Part shown: positions 1 through 9,870 of the stretch, piece by piece
How the letters are laid out: the number at the start of each line of letters is the position of its first letter
Position numbering within the stretch: the first letter of the stretch is position 1
Assembly (NCBI GenBank): GCA_051252375.1
Contig: JBPOFY010000010.1
Span: 63,290-127,289 of the forward strand
Length of the DNA stretch: 64,000 bases
Direction of reading: 5' to 3'
From: Opitutaceae bacterium
Lineage (GTDB): Bacteria > Verrucomicrobiota > Verrucomicrobiia > Opitutales > Coraliomargaritaceae
The notes under the pieces: model-generated
Seen by the model: only the letters and a program-made list of their open reading frames with translations
Databases searched by the model: none
Told to the model about the DNA's origin: nothing
Translations under genes and position numbers: made by a program

Positions 1-843
1 GCCTTGGTTTACTAGGATCTTATCGAACGCGATCTTGTAGAAAACCCTACCATCAACGAGCAACTCGACCTTTGAAGGCAAACCGTAGGCATCTTCCAGT
101 GGATCAGTAAAGAAGAGTTCCGCGTCCTTAACGCGACGCTCGTCGACTTTAATCGAAGCACGGCGATAGTGTTCGAACCCTGTCTCTTTATCAAAATAAT
201 GATAAACCGCCGTTTCAGGAATCAAGCTGTTGTTTTTTATTACGGTGCAAGGGTGTCTATTCCATACAGCATCTGGCATGACCTCTAGCACCTGGGGCGC
301 AACCCCATCATCGAACAACCATGAAATACAGGGAATCGTGCTTTCGAGTAATGCGAGCGATTCGTTAAAACGCTGCAAGCGCTCACTGCTGATATCCAAC
401 AAAGGTGGCTCTGTCTGGCGAAGCCAAACGTCTTTGCCGTCTGAGCCGAACTCGATAACATGGCGCTGATAACTAATACGCTGCTTATAGAGTGACGGGC
501 GCTTCGCGAGAAACTCTAAGTCCATCACGACTTCATTCACCTCGTAATGACCCACGGCGCGAATGCTCTGCACTTTGTTCATTTGAGACTGCTCCAGATA
601 GCGCTCATGAAAGAGCTCTAAAGGCGATAGAGCCTGAGTGAGATCTGCATCAAGTTCGAGCGTTGCCTCTAACTGTTCGATTTTGGTTTTATTGCCTTCC
701 ACCCAATCTTTATAAATAAAATAGCCACCAATCGATAAAGCCAAAAGTAGGAGCAGTGCTATCACAGCTAATTTGATCAACTCACCCCGCGGGAAGGATT
801 GACCAAAAATAAAGTGGTAAGACTCGACCTTCTCTTTTTTCAC
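1..843 (-). CDS. Membrane-anchored LolA-like / outer-membrane lipoprotein-sorting-type protein (runs off left edge)
   Basis: Not in the ORF track because there is no stop in the window. My translation from GTG at 843 is open for 281 codons: MKKEKVESYHFIFGQSFPRGELIKLAVIALLLLLALSIGGYFIY (TM helix)...VQSIRAVGHYEVNEVVMDLEFLAKRPSLYKQRI...FGSDGKDVW...YFDKETG...KIAFDKILVNQG. This pattern is typical of LolA-like folds. Confidence 0.7.
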   Translation of the reverse strand, partial: MKKEKVESYHFIFGQSFPRGELIKLAVIALLLLLALSIGGYFIYKDWVEGNKTKIEQLEATLELDADLTQALSPLELFHERYLEQSQMNKVQSIRAVGHYEVNEVVMDLEFLAKRPSLYKQRISYQRHVIEFGSDGKDVWLRQTEPPLLDISSERLQRFNESLALLESTIPCISWLFDDGVAPQVLEVMPDAVWNRHPCTVIKNNSLIPETAVYHYFDKETGFEHYRRASIKVDERRVKDAELFFTDPLEDAYGLPSKVELLVDGRVFYKIAFDKILVNQG

Positions 844-907
844 AGGGTAATGCCTCGGCTTAAAATGATAGATCCTCTGCTGACATCTTTGTTATACGGC
901 AGTAAAG

Positions 908-1537
908 TTACACCGTTGTCCTAGCTCGACGCCGTGTAAACATAAAGAGTGAAGCACCAAGACCGAATAGAAGTGCGGCATTACTTGGCTCAGGCACAGC
1001 ACCTACCGTGATGGCACCGCCTGAAGTTTCCCATGCCCACGCATGAATGGTGCCGGTCGAGCCGTCATCATACAATGTGAGCTGTATCCAACCGTAATAA
1101 TCGTCGACTCCGGGATTGAGGACAAAGCCGATATAGCCGGTTACCCCGCTTTCGAACTCCTGTAAACCTGCGCCCATGTGGTCTGTCGAACCGCTATAGC
1201 TCGCAGGATAGTCGCTGGTTGGTCCGACTTGAGTTCCAAATGCTAAATTAAGGACAGCCGAGTTTGTCGCTGTGCTGGCAAGCACCGGGAGAAAGGTGTT
1301 ACTGGTGCCCACAGCAGCCCCTCCATAGAAGGGGTTGATGTCCCAATTACTAGTGTATGTAGTCGAGACAGTATAAGCAGAGGCGTCCGAAGAGTCCGTG
1401 AAGTCCAAGTAAACACCATCGTTGGATATCGGGATGACGATATCGGCAGCTGGGTCGAAACTTAAGATGATCGCAGATGCGGAACCACTACTGAGGACCC
1501 AAAGGAGTGTTGCGGGGAAGAGGGTGCGGAATTTCAT
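908..1537 (-). CDS. PEP-CTERM sorting domain protein
   Basis: Signal peptide; C-terminal VPEPSNAALLFGLGASLFMFTRRRAR (VPEP + TM helix + Arg cluster). Confidence 0.93.
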   Translation of the reverse strand: MKFRTLFPATLLWVLSSGSASAIILSFDPAADIVIPISNDGVYLDFTDSSDASAYTVSTTYTSNWDINPFYGGAAVGTSNTFLPVLASTATNSAVLNLAFGTQVGPTSDYPASYSGSTDHMGAGLQEFESGVTGYIGFVLNPGVDDYYGWIQLTLYDDGSTGTIHAWAWETSGGAITVGAVPEPSNAALLFGLGASLFMFTRRRARTTV

Positions 1538-1575
1538 GCTATAAAATTGAAGTGCGTGGTTTACCTATTTGGCTT

Positions 1576-4500
1576 TTATTCGGGTTGCGTCTCGCCAGAG
1601 GCTGTATCGTCAATTTTCACACGGTAGAAGCGAGCTTTCTTCCCGTTTGAGAGGAATGTGGGGTAGCTCAACTCTACGGCTTCGTAAGCATTTGATTCAG
1701 ATGTGCCAGTAATACGAACTGCGGAACTACCAGCCAAATCATCCCAAGAAATTAAATCGTGGCTAAACTGAGCGGTGTAACTGATGCCAGAAGTAGCATG
1801 ATCGACTAGGCGAACAAAACGTGCCTTGACGCTCAATGGGCTGAATGTGACTTCCACATTCGGCAGACCCGGCGTGAAGCTACTGCCGTTGATACTCATG
1901 CTGCTGGCATCACTTACATTCGGATCCGTGCCGAAAGCAAACTCCAGAAGGTTGACGAGACTATCAGAATCATCATTAAAATTCGGATCAAGGGTTGCCC
2001 CCGCGGTAGTTGCCCAAGTGCCAAACGGAGTTAAGCCAAGGCTGAGTGTGCCGCTGGATTCTGTGAAGGTCCAAGCATATGCCCCATCCTCCACGGTCCA
2101 GATACCTGCACTCGTCTCAGTGAAGGCGCCCAAGGTGCTGTTGATCCCGAAGCTCGCACCGTAGGTCACTGAACCAAGGTCAGTGTCGTCCACCACTTGC
2201 CAGGTGTTGCCAGCAGTCATATTTGCACTGCTCAGGTCTAGGGTGATGGGCGAATTGAAGGTCACCGTTCCAGTGCCGGAGGCCGTGCCACCGCGGACCT
2301 GATTGGTTGTGCCATTACTCGTAGGATAGAAGGTCAGGGTTCCAGTATTACCGCCATCACTGTCGACGATTAGCTTGCCGCCCGATTCGATGACCGTGTC
2401 ACCTGAATAAGTGTTTGCGCCCCGGAAGTAGATATCCCCGATATTGTTACTCGCGATCGTAACGTCGCCAGATGTTCCAGGCGTCATCCCAGATGGATCC
2501 TGTATGGCCCCGAGGAACCTGAATTGCCAACCGCTATTACCACCAACTGCTGCGAGCGTGACCCCTTTGCCGTCGGAGTTCGGACTGCCGAGAGTCACAT
2601 CACCGCTCACGCTACTGTTTCCGTTATTATGCATGCGCACTACACCACTGCTACCCGTCTGGACGGTGTAGTTGATGGTGCTGGGGTAGGTAGTTGAGGA
2701 GACGTTATCAAACTGTAAGGTTACATCAGCGCTGCCGCTGGTATCACCAAGATAGACGTGAGAGTTAAGACTCAGCCCAACCCGGCCATTGCCAGGGGTG
2801 CCGCCCGCAATCACAGTGCCTTCCTTTATAAAGGTATCTCCCGTGAAGGTGCTGGAACTACCCGCAACAAGGGCTTCGCGCAAGGTGAGCGTGCCAGTGC
2901 CAACCTTGGTTAGACCGCCTGCTCCGCTCATGATCCCAGTATAGGTCATGCTCGAATTATTGTTACCTACGGTGAGCTGAATTGGCTCAGGTGTGCTAGC
3001 ATTATTCTCCAGCACCAGGTCTGGGCTGTCAGCTAGGGCGTTCATAGTGAACGAATCACTCGTCTCAGATTCATCAAAGACCAGTGTGCCGTTGATGGTG
3101 ACGGTGCTGTTTTGCAAAGCCAAGCTGTCGGCCAACACCAACTGACTTCCAGACGCAATCAACGTACTCCCAGAATAGGTATTGGCATCGTTGAAAGTAA
3201 CGCCTCCTGCCCCACTCACCGAGACGTTGGTGGTCCCTGTAATTCCCGTTGCATCAGTCGCACTGATTACGTAGGACACGCTGTTGTTAATAAACCGGAC
3301 AGTCCCCGAGGGGATGGAAACTCCGCCAGCCGCGATGGTGATGTTAGTCTGCGCCACAGCTTGGGCAGTCGTATCGTAATAGACATCATCAAAGGCCACT
3401 TGATCTAAAACCGCCTTTGCCGTTGCAAAGGTGACCCCGGACAGAGCTGTGCCGTCGCCGTTAGTCGAGAAGTTTATAGTGGAAGCCTCATCCCAAGTGA
3501 CACCACCAAGACCGGTCCAGCGAGGTGGTGAAATAGCTGACACCGTGAAGGTGGCTCCATTATCAACAACTTTAAGGACACCCCCCGAATTATTCAGGAA
3601 GGCTGTGCCGATGGAATTTGATACTGCAGTCGCATCAGTGAAGGGTCCACCATACGCGGCGGAAAAGGACCCGCCAGTGGAAGTGAAGTCGACATAACTA
3701 TTATTGGTGCCAAGGTCTATAGCGACCCCAGTTAAGTTCACCGCACCGCCGTCAATGATCATAGTGGCGTAACGACTGGCATTGTAGGCGAAATCAACGT
3801 AGCCGGAGAAGTTTAAGGTTCCATCCGCATTGACCGTGAATTTATGAACTCCATTACCATGTCGCTGTAACAAAATGTTTGAGGTCATGTTAAGTGTGAC
3901 ATCCTCACCAGCACCCGAAACACCGTCACCGACAGTCCAAATCTGACGATCGATACTGCCATCATCAATATTTGTAAACATTCCGCTGTTGTGGGAGGAA
4001 TTAAAACCGAAACTGACTGCACCACCGCGATTGAATTCCATTACAGGAACCGACCATTTGCCGTTCTGATTGGCGCCGCTCCCAGCATATTGAGAGCCGA
4101 TATTGGGAACATTTATAGTCGGCATCGTGCTGCCAGCCAATACCACCTTTTCACCGACTGGCAGGGTCAAACCTGCTGATGAAATGTTGTCATCGACTGG
4201 AACACCATTCAGATCCCAATTGGCAGCATTGGCCCAGTCGGTGTCGGCACCGCCAATCCAGGTATAGACTCCCTCAGGCAGCACCGTAATGGATACAGCA
4301 ACCTCCGCGCTATCGACGAACCCATCATTGATGGTGAACGTGAAACTATCCGCTCCACTATAATCCGCGGTCGGAGTATAGGTAAGGTTGGGAACCGTTC
4401 CAGTCAGCAAACCGTTACTCGGTGAAGTCACCACCGTATATGTCAGGCTATGCCCATCCGCATCGGATCCGGTCAGGGTGATCGCAACCGAGTCATCTTC

Positions 4501-7371
4501 TTTAACTGATACAGATTGGGCATCGGCAACCGGTGCTGTATTCAAAATCGCGGTCACAGTGAATGTGCCATTCGTGTTATCGACTGCTTGAAGATCGATC
4601 CCAGCCCCTGCGACGAAGTCGTTTCCGATACTCGCTTGAACGGCCGCGATATCCGCAAAGTTGCCGCCGAAGTCCGCCGTAAGCGTGCCTCCAACAGCCG
4701 TGAAATCGACCACAGCATTCGGGAATGCAGTTAGATCCAAAATCACACCACTGAAATTCACCTCACCGCCATCGATTGTGATCTTAGCCGTCCTGTTTAC
4801 ATTCGATCCGAAATCGACTGTGCCACTAGTGAAGTTCAGGATACCGTCTAAGTTGACCTGAAAGTTGTTAATGTTGTCATCGTGACGTGAAAGATTCGGA
4901 GCACCTACAGTCGAATCGAGCGACATCACAACTTCGCCTGCAGCGCCCACGCCATCCCCCACCGTAAAGACGGTGCGATTCGCATAGGTCGTTTTATTGT
5001 TGCTCCAAACGTGGCCCTCGCGACCTCCGAGCGTGAAGGCAATACTCCCCCCTTGCTTGAGCTCAATAATTGGAGTGTCCAAGGGATTTGTGCTCCCGCC
5101 CAAATCTGGAATATTTAAAGTTGGTAGTGGAGTGGCAGAACCACCTGTAGCCACATCAAAGACTATTTTTTCCCCAGGAGGCAGCGAGAGCCCGGCGTTG
5201 TGGCCACCTCCTGCACCGTTGTCAACGGGCACCCCACTTCCATCCCAGTTCGCGGCATTGCTCCAGTCGCCGTCAACGGCTCCGGTCCAAGTGTAGACCC
5301 CTGCAACCCCTACGGGAACCACTGCAATCGATACCGTGGCCTCCGCACTATCGACCGTGCCATCATTGACGGTGAAGGTGAAGCTGTCCAATCCGACGTA
5401 AGCCGCATTTGGCGTATAGCTTAAATTAGGCGCCGTTCCGGTCAACTGGCCGTTAGACGGACCCGTCGCCACATTGTAACTCACGATACTGTCGCCATCG
5501 ATATCCGAACCGCTCAGCGTGATCGCTACGGAGTCATTCTCGATGACAGTCACCGATTGAGCGTCGGCCGCCGGCGGATCGTTGACCGGATCGACCGTGA
5601 TCAAAACAGTCGCTGCGATACTATCATTGGTGCCGTCACTTACATTAAAGGTGAATGAGTCGGAACCACTATAATCCGGGTCCGGGGTGTAAGTCAGGTT
5701 GGGCTCAGTGCCAGAGAGACTACCGTTACTTGGACCAGTCAGTACCGTGTAAGTCAGGCTGTCGCCATTCGGGTCGGTGCCAGTCAGGGTGACCGCCACG
5801 GAATCATCTTCATCCACACTGAGATCTTGGTTATCCGAAATCGGTGCAGAGCCACCGTAGAGCGATTCAATTTCGTTCACGATTGCATTGTTTTCAGCTG
5901 CATCAGCTCCATCGAGATAGAGAACGAAAGCACCACCAGCAAAGCGGTTACGCTCGTAAAGCTTCGTCCAATCAAAAGTGATATTTGATCCGGTTACAGT
6001 GGCTTCAGCTTGATCGTCTAGGGCGATTACGTTGACATCGCCTAAGATCGGTAGGCTGACTCGAACGTTTAGCGATTTATCATAATTCGGAATTTGCTCA
6101 AAACCAATCAGGCGGAAGAGTAAGTGGTGATCAAACTCGTCGACGCGGAAATAGATTTTACCTACGTCTCGATCATCCTCAATCAACTCAGTCACCCCAC
6201 TCTGGCTAGTTGCATTAATCCAGTCCCATGTGCTAAAGCTATAGCCGGTAAATATTCGCAAGTAAGAGCTACCAGAACCGCTCAGCTGCTCGGCTCCTCC
6301 CAGCAATAGGCTGGCAGTGGTCCCATCCGCATTCCAGGTCATCGTGTTGACACCTGCACTAGATGCTGGATTGAGCACAAACTCATCCACGCGACAGAAC
6401 TCACCGCCGTCGCTATAGGCAAAGAGCTCTAGTGTTTGGCCAGCGGTAACAAAGACATTCTTAGTGTGATGCGTCACCAGATTCGCCGCTACCGGAGTCG
6501 CGCTACCGAGGTCACGATTCGCCGACCAAGCATCTACGAGCACGTTATCCAAATAGAGTTTATAAACCGCTTCGCCGTCATTTTCGTCAAAGTATTTGGT
6601 TTCGAAATCATAGCTGCCACCATCGGTCACCGTCGTCGTAGCCGAGCCGCTGGTGCCACTAAGCACGATTACTTCACCTCCGGATGCCACGCCTTGGGAT
6701 TCAGTATTGAAGCCAACCAGCGTCATATCCTCCGCCTCGAAAGCGACAGGATCTGGAGTCTGAATCAACATGTGCCGATACACACCCGAGCCGGTAATAT
6801 TATCAGTTCCACCCACTCCAATCAAATCCTCTATCGTCAGGTTAGACTGATCATTGACTCCAAAGTCGACTGTGAGTGATAGACTGTCATTACCACCGAT
6901 ATCCGCGAAAAAATTAAAGTCGATATCGATGTAGACATCTCCATTGCCGTCATCCTCGACGAGTTCGACTGAGTTAATAGAGAAAAACTCATTGCCGGAA
7001 TTGACATTGCAGTCGAGCTGGATCGTGCCGGTGTAAACCGTCCCTCCGCTTGTAAATGAGATACTGCCAGTCTCGAAATTATAATCACCATCGATATACT
7101 TAAACCCCGCATCACCCGATTCGTTGAAAATATAGTAGTCCCCGCCTACCTTAGCCGTGATGGAGTAATCTCCATTAGTCGCCCGAGAGGCGGCTGAACC
7201 ACCAGTAATACTATCATCGACCCCTACAGGAGTCTTCTGCTGATCATCGCCAACCGCTCCAAACTGATTGGATAGAGGACTACTACTGCTGAAGTCCTGT
7301 TTATAAATCGTTCCCGCCTGAGAAATTGAAACACCGGCTAGGAGAACTAGGAATATACTATTTTTAATCAT
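1576..7371 (-). CDS. Large secreted multidomain protein: CBM6/35-like module, three tandem-95/Big_9 Ig-like repeats, duplicated beta-rich domain, autotransporter-associated beta-strand repeats
   Basis: 1931 aa with signal peptide; FEAEDMTL CBM-like start; 3x 'SVAITLTGSD...LTYTP..DYSGxDSFTF'; GGLTKVGTGTLTL and GANTYSGDTVI repeats; C-terminal DSLVNLLEFAFGTDP...RFYRVKI tail common in verrucomicrobial secreted proteins. Confidence 0.85.
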   Translation of the reverse strand: MIKNSIFLVLLAGVSISQAGTIYKQDFSSSSPLSNQFGAVGDDQQKTPVGVDDSITGGSAASRATNGDYSITAKVGGDYYIFNESGDAGFKYIDGDYNFETGSISFTSGGTVYTGTIQLDCNVNSGNEFFSINSVELVEDDGNGDVYIDIDFNFFADIGGNDSLSLTVDFGVNDQSNLTIEDLIGVGGTDNITGSGVYRHMLIQTPDPVAFEAEDMTLVGFNTESQGVASGGEVIVLSGTSGSATTTVTDGGSYDFETKYFDENDGEAVYKLYLDNVLVDAWSANRDLGSATPVAANLVTHHTKNVFVTAGQTLELFAYSDGGEFCRVDEFVLNPASSAGVNTMTWNADGTTASLLLGGAEQLSGSGSSYLRIFTGYSFSTWDWINATSQSGVTELIEDDRDVGKIYFRVDEFDHHLLFRLIGFEQIPNYDKSLNVRVSLPILGDVNVIALDDQAEATVTGSNITFDWTKLYERNRFAGGAFVLYLDGADAAENNAIVNEIESLYGGSAPISDNQDLSVDEDDSVAVTLTGTDPNGDSLTYTVLTGPSNGSLSGTEPNLTYTPDPDYSGSDSFTFNVSDGTNDSIAATVLITVDPVNDPPAADAQSVTVIENDSVAITLSGSDIDGDSIVSYNVATGPSNGQLTGTAPNLSYTPNAAYVGLDSFTFTVNDGTVDSAEATVSIAVVPVGVAGVYTWTGAVDGDWSNAANWDGSGVPVDNGAGGGHNAGLSLPPGEKIVFDVATGGSATPLPTLNIPDLGGSTNPLDTPIIELKQGGSIAFTLGGREGHVWSNNKTTYANRTVFTVGDGVGAAGEVVMSLDSTVGAPNLSRHDDNINNFQVNLDGILNFTSGTVDFGSNVNRTAKITIDGGEVNFSGVILDLTAFPNAVVDFTAVGGTLTADFGGNFADIAAVQASIGNDFVAGAGIDLQAVDNTNGTFTVTAILNTAPVADAQSVSVKEDDSVAITLTGSDADGHSLTYTVVTSPSNGLLTGTVPNLTYTPTADYSGADSFTFTINDGFVDSAEVAVSITVLPEGVYTWIGGADTDWANAANWDLNGVPVDDNISSAGLTLPVGEKVVLAGSTMPTINVPNIGSQYAGSGANQNGKWSVPVMEFNRGGAVSFGFNSSHNSGMFTNIDDGSIDRQIWTVGDGVSGAGEDVTLNMTSNILLQRHGNGVHKFTVNADGTLNFSGYVDFAYNASRYATMIIDGGAVNLTGVAIDLGTNNSYVDFTSTGGSFSAAYGGPFTDATAVSNSIGTAFLNNSGGVLKVVDNGATFTVSAISPPRWTGLGGVTWDEASTINFSTNGDGTALSGVTFATAKAVLDQVAFDDVYYDTTAQAVAQTNITIAAGGVSIPSGTVRFINNSVSYVISATDATGITGTTNVSVSGAGGVTFNDANTYSGSTLIASGSQLVLADSLALQNSTVTINGTLVFDESETSDSFTMNALADSPDLVLENNASTPEPIQLTVGNNNSSMTYTGIMSGAGGLTKVGTGTLTLREALVAGSSSTFTGDTFIKEGTVIAGGTPGNGRVGLSLNSHVYLGDTSGSADVTLQFDNVSSTTYPSTINYTVQTGSSGVVRMHNNGNSSVSGDVTLGSPNSDGKGVTLAAVGGNSGWQFRFLGAIQDPSGMTPGTSGDVTIASNNIGDIYFRGANTYSGDTVIESGGKLIVDSDGGNTGTLTFYPTSNGTTNQVRGGTASGTGTVTFNSPITLDLSSANMTAGNTWQVVDDTDLGSVTYGASFGINSTLGAFTETSAGIWTVEDGAYAWTFTESSGTLSLGLTPFGTWATTAGATLDPNFNDDSDSLVNLLEFAFGTDPNVSDASSMSINGSSFTPGLPNVEVTFSPLSVKARFVRLVDHATSGISYTAQFSHDLISWDDLAGSSAVRITGTSESNAYEAVELSYPTFLSNGKKARFYRVKIDDTASGETQPE

Positions 7372-7386
7372 GGTATAATAATCTCC

Positions 7387-9750
7387 TTATAGGTGGTTGT
7401 TAGTTTCTAGGAGGTAAACGGTCCCTAGGGTGATGTACTGCACATTGAGTTCCGGAGTATTCGAACCACTCCCCGCCGCAGTGGTGATAGTGTTGTTACC
7501 GTTGTTAACGGTAAACGAGCTGACCGAAGCGGTCAGCGTTCGATCGAGATTCCAATTGTTGTCGTAGACCTGCACCGAACTTCCCCCTTCAAACTTCATG
7601 TATTCTCCCGGCTGAATATCGCCCGAGACCGACAAAGTGCCCGTCCCGTTAACCGTGATAACTGGATCTTCAAGTGCAGTAGAGGTTTCAACCACTCGGA
7701 TCACTACCTGTGGCTCTTGCAATAAGTAAGGATTGGACACCGTGATCGTCGTGCCCGTGGTAATATCCTGAAAACGCGGGATCGCCCCCTTCTCCTGATC
7801 GATCCCGTAAAAGTCATCTTCCCCCGAAGTTCGCCCCATTACGCGATGTGGCGTAAAAATGTAATCTCCGCTACCATCTTTACTCAGGACCGGAACATCT
7901 TCGCTAATGATATGGTTACCACTAAAACTCGTCAGTCCATCAAGATACGCAGCATCGAGATCATCAAACACCGGCGCCAGTTCGAGCCAATACTGGAAGA
8001 GTTGCACGACTTCAGCGGTGAGGCCATGCGTATCGTAGATGGTCTGACTCAGGCCGCCACCACTATAAGGTTCCGTCAATAATGGACGGCGACTACCGAT
8101 CACTACGCCATCAATCGCATCAAAGTGTGTATCCAAAATACTGGTGGCATAGCGCGGGAGATCCTCTAAACGAACACCGACTCTGAGCGGGAAATAATTC
8201 AGCGACTTATTCGCTTTAACCGCACTGAACTGCTGCTCGAAGTTCGCAGGTATACTCTGTCCTACCTGACTGGAAGTAACCGGATGCTCCACCAAGCTGT
8301 AAATGTAGTCAAAAATGTCACGTCGGTGCCATGGAGTGATATCCATCTGGGCTGAACCATCGAAGTGAAGGTGATCTAAACCTGCATCATTCACAAAGGT
8401 AGCATACTCGAGTGCTAATTCTCTTGAGAGACTACTGCCCGCCGCAAACACATCATCACCGGGAATGAACATATCATTAGACCGAAACAGGCTGACCATC
8501 TCAACTGCAGCACTGTGTGATGCAGGGTTGGTCGCGCCGTAGCCCCGAGTGCAGTCCTCCAAAATCCATACATCATCATCGGTCCGCGTGAACTTACCGA
8601 CTTCTATGATCTCTTCACCGATGCGAAAGAAATCATACTCAAAGCGTCCACCCACATGAGATTTGCTCCCACGTAGCGGAACGGTCTGCCCTGCATCGGG
8701 CGTGAATCGAATCGTGCTAGCGGAGCTGTTGATCGATGCTTCGAGCGTGCCTGTGATACCACCGCCCAGACGCCGGTCGACTAAACTCGGAGAAACATAG
8801 TCTTCGTCAAATTGCCCGATTCCAGGACTGAGATTATGCAACTGTAATTGAATACCACTGGTTTCCAGATACTGCGAGTAAGCGATCAAATCAGACCTCC
8901 CATTGGGGAATACAGCCGTATTGACGTCCACCTGCCCCTGATAATCGAGTTTATATTCGCCCCGCCATGTGGCCGTATGCAGATAGACCCGCTTGACGTT
9001 ATTCGCAATCGCGAGGTTAGCTGTGAGATCGTTGAGTTCTTGCTCGGTCGAAGCTTCCAAGCCAACCGAACTCTGCGTGGCAAATTTCGTCTGATACTGA
9101 GCAACCCAGACCAGCACATCAGCTTCGGTCCAGGTGCTCTGCCCTCCCGGACGAACCATGTAGCCGGCCGCGTTCTGAGTAGCCCAAATTTCAGCGAGTG
9201 TATCATCCAGCGTAGCACCCGTTAAAGTGCCGTCATAAAGCACAAAGCTACCAATATCTCCATTACCTCGAACACCCCAGAGGTAGAGCCAGTCCAGATT
9301 AATTGTTGTTCCCAATCCATAAGGCGAGGTGGCACTGGTCGAATCCGCTAAATCATTGAGCGAAAAATGTCCAATATTAGCATTGGACCTGAGAACCAAC
9401 CGAAGCCCATAATTACGATCAGTTCCGATACCTGTCACATTAATCAGGTGAATCGCTAAATGATTGTCATAAGTATCGATCCGAAAAGTGAAGCTGGTTG
9501 AGGTGGTAGCGTCCGATACCGTGATCTCATTCCCATTGGTAGAGATCGAACTTAAATGTGTATCGCTAATGTCTTTGCCATCAAAGTAACGAAGATGGAA
9601 ACCTGCGCTGGCGTTCGCGGTAAAACGATCCACACCGCCCAACTCCAAGGTCGCTGGCTTAGCGGAACCGTCAAAGGTCAACTGTGACACGGCATACACC
9701 CACATGGGTTGAACTAAAATCAGGAAACAGAAAACAAGATGTCGAAGCAT
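7387..9750 (-). CDS. Secreted hypothetical protein, putative (beta/alpha)8 glycoside-hydrolase-like
   Basis: 787 aa with signal peptide; VFPNGRSDLIAYSQYLETSGIQLQLHNLS and GLDHLHFDGSAQ segments recall GH27/36/101-type barrels. Family not assignable by eye. Confidence 0.6.
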   Translation of the reverse strand: MLRHLVFCFLILVQPMWVYAVSQLTFDGSAKPATLELGGVDRFTANASAGFHLRYFDGKDISDTHLSSISTNGNEITVSDATTSTSFTFRIDTYDNHLAIHLINVTGIGTDRNYGLRLVLRSNANIGHFSLNDLADSTSATSPYGLGTTINLDWLYLWGVRGNGDIGSFVLYDGTLTGATLDDTLAEIWATQNAAGYMVRPGGQSTWTEADVLVWVAQYQTKFATQSSVGLEASTEQELNDLTANLAIANNVKRVYLHTATWRGEYKLDYQGQVDVNTAVFPNGRSDLIAYSQYLETSGIQLQLHNLSPGIGQFDEDYVSPSLVDRRLGGGITGTLEASINSSASTIRFTPDAGQTVPLRGSKSHVGGRFEYDFFRIGEEIIEVGKFTRTDDDVWILEDCTRGYGATNPASHSAAVEMVSLFRSNDMFIPGDDVFAAGSSLSRELALEYATFVNDAGLDHLHFDGSAQMDITPWHRRDIFDYIYSLVEHPVTSSQVGQSIPANFEQQFSAVKANKSLNYFPLRVGVRLEDLPRYATSILDTHFDAIDGVVIGSRRPLLTEPYSGGGLSQTIYDTHGLTAEVVQLFQYWLELAPVFDDLDAAYLDGLTSFSGNHIISEDVPVLSKDGSGDYIFTPHRVMGRTSGEDDFYGIDQEKGAIPRFQDITTGTTITVSNPYLLQEPQVVIRVVETSTALEDPVITVNGTGTLSVSGDIQPGEYMKFEGGSSVQVYDNNWNLDRTLTASVSSFTVNNGNNTITTAAGSGSNTPELNVQYITLGTVYLLETNNHL

Positions 9751-9870
9751 TTGGGTATAGGGTATAAAAAGAAATATAAGTCTGGGGCTTAGCGACCGTA
9801 GGGTTGCGGAGCTTGACTACGAAACCAACCGAGAACAAGGAAAGAGCCGTGGTTGAGGGTATAAAGCTAA

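Noticed and set aside
12..469. ORF-track entries 12-194 (-) and 230-469 (+)
   Set aside because: Both lie within the real minus-strand CDS at 1-843 and have no protein-like features.
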